This document shows, one piece after another, positions 53,346 to 64,000 of a DNA stretch of 64,000 bases. The stretch's first letter is position 1. Every line of letters begins with the position of its first letter. Source of the DNA: Octopus sinensis (taxonomy: Eukaryota); the NCBI RefSeq assembly GCF_006345805.1, contig NC_043017.1:15562001-15626000 (forward strand). The letters are read 5' to 3'. The notes under the pieces are model-generated. The model was not told the DNA's origin, searched no databases, and saw only the letters and a program-made list of their open reading frames with translations. The translations under genes and the position numbers were made by a program.

Positions 53346-54599
53346 GAGATATACACACACTGCTAAGTGCTCGAAACACTAGGCACTGCACCATACTCCC
53401 TCTCACCGTATGTGTGTGTATAGCGGTGCGCGCGCGCGTGTCTATCTTACTACATACACGTTGATCTCTCTCTCTCACCAATGTGTGATAGAGAGAGATC
53501 AATGAAGGTTACACAAAGACAACGTTTACGGTTCCAGTGAGTTACACCAACTTCAATCACTTCAAGTCACTATTTTATTGGGAGGAATCACTTATGTCAA
53601 GCAGACAGACCTTCAAATCAAAGCTCTCCCGACCATGACCACCCAGTGTTACTTTCATTTGCCCACCTCGACAGAGTTGACATTATTTTGGTTAACGACT
53701 CGGTCAGATGGACAAACGCAACAGCTATGTACCCTCCCTGGGGCTTCAAGTCTGGAGTTCTCAGAGCAGACACTTTGACACCCTGAATGCTTCTAAGAAG
53801 GTGGGACTCCGCTAAAAACACCCGAACGTTCCTTCAATATTGGTCTCTGGAACAATATCGAAGGACCCTCAACATACCAAAGACCTGCACCTTTTTCCAG
53901 TTCTTGCAGCCCCATTTTATTTTGCCGCTAGGAACCATTCATATATCCTTTTTTTTATACTCTAGGCACAAGGCCCGAAGTTTTGGGGGAGGGGACCAGT
54001 CGATTAGACCGACCCCAGTACGCAACTGGTACTTAATTTATCGACCCCGAAAGGATGAAAGGCAAAGTCAACCTTGACGGAATTTGAACTCACAACGTAA
54101 AGACAGACGAACTACCGCTAAGTATTTCGCCCAGCGCGCTAACGTTTCTGCCAGCTCGCCACCTTTATAAAATACCTTTTACTTGTCTCAGTCATGCTGG
54201 GGCAGGCTTGAAGAAAGTTTTAGTCGAATGAATTGACCCCAGTACTAAATTTTTAAAACAGTTATGGGGACATAAACACACCAACACCGGTGACAAACAG
54301 AATGACACATACACACACGTACGATGGCCTTCTCAGTTTCTGTTCACTAAATCTACTCACAAAGCTTTGGTCAGTCTGAGGCCATACTAGAGGATGCTCA
54401 AGGTGCCACGCAGCGGGACTGAACCTGGATCCATAGTGATATAAAAAAAATAAAGGGACAAACATGTTATACAAGCTATATAAAAATCTATACACTCACA
54501 CTGCATCTGACGCATACAAGCATGGGAAAGTAGACTTTAAAACAATGATGTATGAATGTGTGTGTATATATATGTATGTATATATATATATAGTTAATC

Positions 54600-54800
54600 C
54601 AAACAAGAAAACAAAAAAAAACACAACAACGCGAGGACGTGGAACAAATGAAGTATTATTGGACGCTCAGGAAAGAGGGGAAGAAGGAGGGTTTAACGTT
54701 TCGAGCCGAGCTCTTCGTCGGAAACATAGGAGAAGGAAAGATCCCGAGAAGGGAAGACAGAGGAAAAAAATCGCCAGTGCTACTCACGAGGTCACATATA
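54600..54800 (-). mobile_element. Small Penelope-derived-like repeat with a minimal hammerhead motif at 54691-54725; degenerate relative at ~13030-13200
   Basis: Minus strand reads guuu-CCGACGA-a-gagc(ucg)gcuc-GAAAC-GUU-aaac. Stems I and II are perfect, stem III is the palindrome aacguu, and the core has U4>C. Confidence 0.5.
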
Positions 54801-54868
54801 TATATGTGTGTGTATATATATATATAAATATATATAAATAAATATATATATATATATATGTGTGTGTG

Positions 54869-54936
<68 letters not shown>

Positions 54937-55988
54937 ACGCACTGGGGGTCGATGTAATCGATTTAATTCCTTTGTCTGTCCTTGTTTGTCCCCTCTATGT
55001 TTAGCCCCTTATGGGTATAAAGAAATATGTATATATATATATATATATATCAATCATAATAATAATCTTAACGGCCACTTTACCAAGGTCACATGGGTCA
55101 GACGGAGTTTAGAGGCACACCTTCTACAGCCCACCCTACAACCAATGCTCACCTGTTTCCAATCAAGGTAATATTTTGCCGATGGTCCGACATGTTTTCG
55201 CAGAATGTTGGAAATTAATAACACTGCTTATATGACGGTGATAATCGTTTACAACTATCACGCAATGACAGGACAAAGAAACACAAACATACTCACACAT
55301 GTATACAGATACAAACACATGTGCATGCACTCACACACACACACGACCAACTTCTATCAGTTTCCATCAGTCAAATCCAAACGGTGGAACTGAAGAGAAA
55401 ACTCTCTGTGGTTGGAAGCTTCTCGACCTCATAGCCATGCCTGCATCTCCCAGCCACACAAAAATACAGGTTTGATCAAAGAATTCTACAACCCTTTAGT
55501 GCAAACCCCGCTCCATATAGTCCCTTACTTGACTTGGACTTTATTTAATAACCCCCACCCGAATAATGGACAAAGTGTACCTTGGTGTGATTACAAATCC
55601 ACAAACCCAAATACTGTACTGTCTTTTGTCCACTATTTTTACTGTTTTCGTCAACCCACTTTCAAGGCCATTAATCCTTCCTATTATAGGCGCACAACCT
55701 GAAATTTCAGAGAAGGGTTAGTCTATTACATCAACCCCAGAGCTTGACTGGTATTTTATTTTATTCTAACCACCCCTACCCCCAAAAGCATGAAAGGCAA
55801 AGTCAACTTTGGCAGAATTTGGACACATAGGTGCAGAGTGACTGTGTGGGAAGTAGCTTGCTTACCAACCAAATGGTTCCGGGTTCGGTCCTACTGTGTG
55901 GCACCTTGGGCAAGTGTCTTCTACTATAGCCTCAGGCCAACCAAAGCCTTGTGAGTGCATTTGGTAGATGGAAACTCGTCGTATATAT

Positions 55989-56025
<37 letters not shown>

Positions 56026-59000
56026 ATGCATGTATATGTTTGAATGTCTGTGTTTGTCCACCCACTATCACTTGACAACCGATACTGGTATGTTTACGTC
56101 CCCGTAACTTAGCAGTTTGGCAAAAGAAATTGATAGAATAAATACTAGGCTTATAAAGAATAAGTCTTGGGGGTCGAATTGTTTGACTGAAGGCAGTGCT
56201 CCAACATGGCCACAGTCAAATGCCAAACAAATAAAAGAGTGAAGAGTACAACATGTGAAGCCGGAGAAAATTCCACAGAGCGCTTTGTCTGGCTAACGAT
56301 TCTGTCAGCTCACCCGGCTTTATAATAATAGTTTCAGACTTTGGTACAGGGCCAGCAATTTCAAGGGAGGGGATAAGTCAGCCCCTAAATGATGAAAGGC
56401 CAAGTCAACTGCAAAAGAATTTGAACTCGCAACACAAAGACATGAAATAGTGCTAAGTGTTTTGCCTGCTGTGCTAACGATTCTGCCAGCTCAGTGTCAA
56501 ATTATTAGTTTCAAATTTTGGCACAAGGCCAGCAATTTCAGGGAGGGAGATAAGTCAATTACATCGACTGCAGTGCTTGACTCTGGGACTTATTTTATCG
56601 ACCCTTAAAGGATGAAAGGCAAAGTCAACTGTGGTGGAATCTGAACTCAGAATGTGGACGGATGAAATACACTAAGCATTTTGCCTGGCATGCAACCAAT
56701 TCTGCTAGCTGGCTATCGAAAGGTCACACATTCAGGGAGAGGTTAAATAATTGAATAGCGACAGCACTGGACTGATCCTTTATTTTAGTGACCCCAGAGG
56801 GATAAAAAGTAACACTGACTTTGATGAGATTTGAAGTGAGAATCTTAAAAATAGGGTTCTGAGATGAAAGACCAGATATGGAATTGAAATCAGAGAACCT
56901 GAAATGATGTTTGTATCAAAAGGGTCAACCACAAGGGAGAAATTTTCCATCTTATTCTCAATATATTCTAAACACTTCTATGTATAGATAGATTGATAAA
57001 GAGAGAGAAAGAGAGATACATAGATATATTTATATCAAGAGTTGACACCCTACTTCTAACTGTAGTGACAAAGAGCCCAGTCAGAGTAGACTGTCAACTT
57101 TTGATATCATAAGAATACCTCTACCCAGCATCAGATAATATTTGCAATCACATATCTATGTGTGTGTGCATATATATAAAAATATATATGCACACACATA
57201 TATATAAAAATATATATACATATATATGCATATGCACACACACAAACATGTGTCCTACATTCCTGTTTGTTCTACCAAACAAGCACACATACACACATAT
57301 ACAAGACAGACAGAATATGAGCTACAATGGACAGAAATCTTTGACAGATAGAAAAAAAAAATCAAAATCTTGAGTCAACCATTTAACAAAAGACATTTAT
57401 GGAAGCAGGATTTTTGATAATGGTAAACTAGAACTGCCATCTTTCCATAGCCTTAAAGCAACTTGGGTGTGGGAGCTACAAACACTTTACCCCCATCTGT
57501 AGTATTATTATTATTATTATTGTTATTGTTATTATTATGATGATGATGATGATGGAAAGCCAGTAAAATGCGGCATTTCATTTATCTCTACATTCGGAGT
57601 TCAAATTCCGCTGAGATAAACTTTTCCTTTCATCCTTTCAGAGTTGATAAAACAAGCAGCAGTCAAGCACAGGGGTTGGTGCAACAGACTTATCCTCTCC
57701 CACAAAATTGCTAGCTTTGTGCCAAAATTTGAAACCATTATTATCAGAGTTCAAATTCCATCGGGGTTGACTTTGCTTTTCATCCTTGCAGGGTCAATAA
57801 TGTAAGTACCAGGTAAGCACTGGATTTGATGAAATCAACTAAACCCCTAAACCCCTCCCTACAAATTTCAGGCTTGTGCCTATAGTAGAAAGGATTGGGA
57901 AAATGGTCAGTGTGAAAGGATCAATTCCAAGTATACACCTATGTGAAAAAAAAAAAGGCTCTAGTCGTGTCGGTCAGGCTACCCGTGGCTTTTCTGGTTT
58001 TCTACAAGTAGCGTTAAAGCACCTCCTCCCATTGGGAGTTTTATTTATTTTTTTCTTTGTTTATTTTACATACACGTTCTAAAATCCTTTGTATCATCCT
58101 GTTTTATCATTTCATGTTGCTTTTATGATAGCCCTTGTGGCCAATAAAAGAATAAATCATTATTATTATTATTACCAAGGCAGCGAGCTGGCAGAATCGT
58201 TAGCACACGGGGCAAAATGCTTTACAGCATTTCAACCATCCTTACATTCTGAGTTCAATTTTGCCTGTCGTACTTATGGGGTCAATAAAATAAGTACCAG
58301 TTGAGTACTGGTGTCGACGTAATTGACTTCCCCTCGACCCCCAAAATTTCAGGCCTTGTGCCTATAGTAGAAAGGAATTATCAACTGTTGTGAAGTCTGT
58401 GAGCCAGCCTGCTGCATAGTCAGCCACTCTGACAAGCAAGGCAGCAGCAGAGAGAAACAACTTACAGTTGTACTTTCTCTCCTGTTAAACAAATGCATTG
58501 CCAGCTCTGACACACAAGTGATAGACTTGTGTGTGTGCATGTGTGTGTGTGTCTATACACCCATATACACTTACGCACACTATAAAATATACAGATTCGA
58601 GATAAAGCAGTTCAATAAGTGATTGCTTTAATAAATTAACAGCTTAGCATTCCTTATATGTATGGATACATATCTGGAAGGATGGTGTGGATGAGGTTGG
58701 CCCTAATGAGCAAGATGACAATTGAAGACGTAGCTGGTGAATGGTAAAGGTGGACATGGAAGCACAATTGGGCCCCTGCACCTACGGTCACCAGGAGAAG
58801 AAGTGGGAGTGGGTATCCATTACAGCCTCGACTGTGGCTGACCCTCAGATGTGGTCAGCATTTGTGAAGGACATGGAGAACTCAACTAACCCTGGATGAA
58901 TACTATTCCATGTAGAAGTAGGAGGACACAAATCTGAGTGTGGATGGGTGTGTGTGTGTGTATGCATGTGAGTATTCATGCGTGTGTGTGTGCTGTTTTG

Positions 59001-60188
59001 TTTTTCCATGCTAGTATGTATTAGACAAAACTTGAGGTAGATTTTCTGCAGCTGGATGCTCTTCCGGTCACTCACCCTTACCTGTTACCAAGGCATTGCA
59101 CTGTTCTCACACATCAAAAACAGAAGCTGCAGAACTGTTTCCACAGCAATTGTAAATATAAGACATCATTTTCACTGACACACATACAACGGGCTTCTTT
59201 ACAGTTTCCATCAACCGATTCCATTCACTCTGTCTCGACTTTGTCTTATATTAGTATATACAAAATAACTGGCCAATAATATTGCCTTCAAATTTTGATA
59301 CAAGACCAGCAGGTTTAGGGGAGAAGTTAAATTGAATAAATCGCAACCCCAGAATTCAACTGATACCACCACCATCACCAAAGGCGGAAAACAAAGTCAA
59401 CCCCAGCAGAATTTGAACTCAGAACGTAAACATGAACAAAATGCCACAGAGCATTTTGCCTGGCTTGCTAACAATTCTGCCAGCTCAGGGCCTTACAAAT
59501 GACCAATAACCTTAATATGTACATTAATACATACACACACATACATGTGACAAGCTTCTTCACAGTTTCCATCTACCAATTCCATTCACTACAACACAGT
59601 GGAACCAACACTGAACCACATGGTTGCAAAGTTCATTACTTCATAGCTGTGCTTCCCCTTTTATGTTATACAGACATAAATTTTTAGACATCTAGAAAAC
59701 CTCAAACCCATGCCAGCATGGGAAACGGATGTTAAACAATGATGATGATGATGACAAGAGAATAGCTGTGAAAACAGCTTCAGGAAACCAGATAAAAATA
59801 CCCCTAAAGACAGGGGGAAAAGGGACCAGCAACCACTACACAGGAGGAACTCTGTACCTCTCAATTCCAGGTGAGCACTCTGCACCAGTGAGATAAATGG
59901 CCCTTGACAACAGATACCATCTTTAACAATATTAAATAATAGCTTCTTTTTTTTTTTTTTTCTTCTTGAAATGTGAGAAGATTTTTATAAATGAACAGTG
60001 AAACATTGAACTCAATAAGTTTGTGAAGTACATATCTGTTATACTTTTATATGATTGGTGTCAGTGACTCTGAAGTTCTGAGGTGGTAGCCTTCATTGAA
60101 CCAGCCAACAAATGCAAGCAGGTCAAAACTTCAAAGTCAGTCACCATTCTTCATATGAAAAAATTATATATATACACACACACACATA

Positions 60189-61834
60189 CCGGGTCATCCC
60201 AGGAAGGAATTTCAACCGTGTTTTGTGGTTTGCTACCACAACAGCTCCTTTATAGGATCCAGTTAGCTCAAGACATCATCAGGAGGAACCATGTCCGGTT
60301 TCGGCCCCTACTCCTCTACCGTTTTGACATGGTGCCCCCACCTCTTTCGGAGGTGTCTTCAGCTCTGGTGTTGGGTGCATGTCTTTCAATTGCATGAACT
60401 AAAAGTCAGAGGGGGACAGGATAAACTACCTGCATCAACTTGTTATAAAAGCAGGTAGTAATTTTATCTTATTCTTAGAGCAATTTTTGAAGCATGCAGT
60501 TCGATTTTAACAGTTATTTTTCCAAAGGGAAGTGACAAAGGAGCATATTCAGCATATTTTGCTTTTTGAGTTCAATAAAGGCAACAATGTAACAGAAAGT
60601 GTGAGGAATATTAACCCTTTCGTTACTATATTTCTGACCAAAATACACCCCTTATGTGTTTCAATTAATTTCTAACATAATCATAAATTTAGTCTGGTTT
60701 CATTAAACAACTATAACTTTTTTATTTATCAATATATTAACGTGAATTTTGGAAGATAATTTAATGAAATGTTCTCAACCAATTCTATACTATAATTTTT
60801 GTCACAAAGTGACTCTAATTGCAGGTAGATACAGGTAAATTCAACAAAATATAAAATTATTAAAATTTTGTTCAAGCATCGCTATAGAAAATGGGTTATT
60901 AGCTAATATTCAATTGGGTATACAACAAAATTTTACGATAGAATTTGTTATTCTGGGTAACTTTCTGATACCCATAATAATATTTATGGCAAAATAGTCT
61001 TAATTTCATTTAAGGTTATGGGAAACCACTAACTATCCTTTCTTTCATTTTGTTTACATTTAGCGTAACGGTTCGTTTCCGCCGTAATGATTTCAAATAA
61101 GCTCATTTGAAAAAGTAAAAAGAAATAGTCTAAGGCTTTACTCTTCTGGGAAAGTCTGTGGCTTGGTCCAGTTTCTTCAGAAAAATCACCAAAAGAAACA
61201 GTTTTTAAATTTTCACTCCATTCAGGTGCCAATTCATTTTCTTTTTCGCTGTCGGAGCTCTCGGATTCACTGTTTTCACTTTCGGAAAATGAAACATCAG
61301 ATTCATTATCAAATACCACATGCTTTTTTTTATCAGTCATAGAGTTAGATTTATGAAGGTCTTCAGTAGAAAATCCTTCGAAATCTGGCTCGCTGCTTGA
61401 TATAATGAAATTCGTATCCATTTTTTGTCAGAATTACAAATTTTGAAAACACAATAGGAACAAATTTCGGAAAAAAATCTCCCAAAATTCACGGAATTAA
61501 AATTACACTTCGATTTTTGTACAAAACTGTAGTTGAACTCTTTACAAAGTATACTACGTATTTTCACGAATGTACTAAAGAGATTTGCTCTGATATTCTC
61601 ATTTAAATATGAATAGATAAATTCGGGTGGCTTTGGGCGGTTTGGTCACATTAACCAAAATGTTTTTGGGGCAGTTTCGGGCGGTTTGGTAACGAAAGGG
61701 TTAATGCAGCATATGGAGATCAGACAATATGCATAAGCCAGTGTCAATGGCGGTTCCAGAAATTCCAAGCCAGAAACTACAGCCTAGGAGACGAGCCTCA
61801 TCCTGGAAGATGCATGATTTATGGGATGACCCAA
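60189..61834 (+). mobile_element. Internally deleted mariner (5' part), interrupted by piggyBac
   Basis: TA-ccgggtcatccca left TIR and tgggatgacccaa-TA right TIR. Transposase N-terminus EVTKEHIQHILLFEFNKGNNVTESVRNIN | AAYGDQTICISQCQWRFQKFQARNYSLGDEPHPGR is continuous across the TTAA insertion site. Confidence 0.85.
60615..61700 (-). mobile_element. Non-autonomous piggyBac element (1086 bp) with truncated transposase ORF 61029-61421
   Basis: TTAA target-site duplications at 60611-60614 and 61701-61704. Perfect 12-bp TIRs ccctttcgttac / gtaacgaaaggg. The ORF has an acidic N-terminus then 'F.E.TGP...ALDYFFLLF...IITAETNRYA', typical of the piggyBac transposase N-terminus. Confidence 0.92.
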
Positions 61835-62102
61835 TACACACACACACAATTTGGAGTGAACAATGTGATCTCAGAATACTGAAAATACAAGTTCCGCTGC
61901 ATCGGACATGTCACAAGATTCACAGACAACAGGTGGACCCGTGCAGTTACCAAGTGATATCTAAGAGTTCAGAAAAGCAATAAGAAGATGATTTAGTCAA
62001 GCAATTTGGGCCAACATAAAAAAAGAATGGCACAAATTAGAAGCACAATGTGATCAGTGGTGTGTAATAGCATGTGATAGCCTGGTCAATACTATCAATA
62101 CT

Positions 62103-62174
62103 ATATGGTTAGCCCAGTCGGCAGAGCACAAGACTTTTAATCGTGGGGTTGTGGGTTTGAGCCCACATTGGGCA
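62103..62174 (+). pseudogene. tRNA-Lys pseudogene (anticodon reads TTT)
   Basis: ggttagcccagtcggcagagcacaagacttttaatcgtggggttgtgggtttgagcccacattgggca aligns to the metazoan tRNA-Lys body. The 5' acceptor strand is lost and the T-loop is mutated (TTTGA). Confidence 0.75.
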
Positions 62175-62992
62175 CAGTATTTGTTTTTAGGCACAGGTAT
62201 GGCTGTGTGGTAAGATGCTTGCTTTCCAACCACATGGTTCTGGATTCAGTCCCACTGTGTGACACTTTGGGAAAGTGTCTTCTACCATAGCCTCAAGCCA
62301 ACCAAAGCCTTAGGAATGGATTTGGTAGATAGAAACTGAATGAAGCCTCTGTGTGTATGGTTGTTTGTCCCCCCACCACCACCATCACTTGACAACCAGT
62401 GTTGGTGTGTTTACATCCCCGTAACATAACAGATCGGCAAAAGAGAATGATAGAATAAGTACTAGGCTTACAAAGAATAAGTTTTGGGGTCGATTTCTTC
62501 AACTAAAGGCAGTGCCCCAGCATGGTCGTAGTCAAATGACTGAAACAAATAAAAGAATATACGTATGTATATATATAAATATATATATATGTATGTATAT
62601 ATATAGTGTACTGTTCCATGATGGTAAGATCAACATAAAAAAGTACTCCACCTGGTGAGGGATAAATATCATTTAATAAACATAATATATGTGTTTATGT
62701 TAAAAACACTGACTGGCAATGCTCTCAGCACATGAAACTAATAAACACAACATACATATATTGTGTTTATTAAATAATATATATAAATATTAATAGTTAT
62801 CGCCCAGCTAATATGGCAGTCCAGAAATATAGGATGAATGCTATCGTTGATTAGCTCCAAGAGGCCATCGCCTCTAGCTAAAGTTACAGGGATGTAAACA
62901 CACCAGCATCGGTTGTCAAGCGATGTTGGGGGGACAAACACAGACACGCAAACATACACACACATGTACATATACATATATACATACATACA

Positions 62993-63135
62993 CAATTGAG
63001 GCCAAAAGTTTGGAACATATTTTTAAAAATTAAAACTGTTATGCCTGAGTACAATTTGATTCAAATATAACTTTGGGCATTTAATATAAAAATTCTAATT
63101 TTCAGACCTTCAGTCCAAACTTTTGGCCACGACTC
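62993..63135. mobile_element. Tc1-like MITE (143 bp)
   Basis: TIRs caattgaggccaaaagtttgga / tccaaacttttggccacgactc, followed by TA. Confidence 0.7.
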
Positions 63136-64000
63136 TACACACACACACATATACTCACAGATCTATTTTAAAGTCCTGATGCAATATTCTATGTTTCCAA
63201 TTCCAGTTCTATAAATGGTACAAGAAATTGGTAAAGAGCTATTTTGATGCCTCCTCCATTTATTTTGTTGTCAAAATATTTATTATAACTATTCCATAAC
63301 TTTTAAGAAACTCAATAATTACATCCAAGTTTATTCTCGGGAGACACGTAAAGTATAAAACTTGTTTATTCTACCAAACTTTGATCCGGAGATGACTGCT
63401 TGTTGGTTGGGATAACAAAACTGATCACAATATACAACCACCAAATATCAACTCTGAAAATATATAATTTGTTCTAGAACTTCATAGCTACATCGTGGTG
63501 GGTGTATATAGACATGAGAATGTTCAATATTAACAATATCATCATCATCATCAACTGTAAAATATAATTTCTTCATCACAATGTGTATATACACAGTAAC
63601 AGTGGACATGTTGGGTATTATCACAATGAACATTAATGGAATTTGTAGTTTTGTGGTACCAGTGCCGGTGGCACATACGAAAACCATCCGAACGTGGCCG
63701 TAGCCAGTACCGCATTGACTGGCCTCCGTGCTGGTGGCACGTAACAAACACCATCCGATCGTGGCCGTGCCAGCCTTGCCTGGCCTCCGTGCCGGTGGCA
63801 CGTAAAAAACACCATCCAAGCGTGGCCGTTCGCCAGCCTCATCTGGCACCTGTGTCAGTGGCACATAAAAAGCACCCACTACACTCACGGAGTGGTTGGC
63901 GTTAGGAAGGGCATCCAGCTGTAGAAACACTGCCAGATCTGACTGGCCTGGTGCAGCCTTCGGGCTTCCCAGACCCCAGGTGAACCGTCCAACCCATGCT

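Noticed and set aside
53041-53502. Pro-rich minus-strand ORFs and a plus-strand ATG at 53088
   Set aside because: Low-complexity GGT/GGC sequence; the plus ATG frame stops after 7 codons.
53640-53900. Possible LINE endonuclease fragment
   Set aside because: Only a short 'DIILVN'-like match; too weak to call.

Overview
AT-rich, microsatellite- and SINE-dense eukaryotic DNA. The repeat families resemble those of octopus (coleoid cephalopod), which is an inference from recall. The main content is the 5' part of a G9a/GLP-type H3K9 methyltransferase gene (EHMT1/EHMT2 orthologue) on the minus strand. Nineteen phase-consistent GT-AG coding exons lie between 30123 and 1023. They encode a very large disordered N-terminus, the Cys-rich region and the ankyrin repeats. 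The pre-SET/SET exons lie beyond the left edge. The giant 4.1-kb exon carries about 27 copies of a 12-aa Met/Asn/Ser repeat, an H3K9-like ARKS motif and one apparent 1-bp frameshift, probably an assembly error. A CpG-retaining, promoter-like zone spans roughly 45-55 kb. Mobile DNA includes two complementary mariner fragments (one split by a piggyBac element), LINE 3' ends, MITEs, a Helentron-like element and many tRNA-derived SINEs. Also present are a tRNA-Lys pseudogene, a 27-bp minisatellite and small repeats carrying minimal Penelope-type hammerhead ribozyme motifs.
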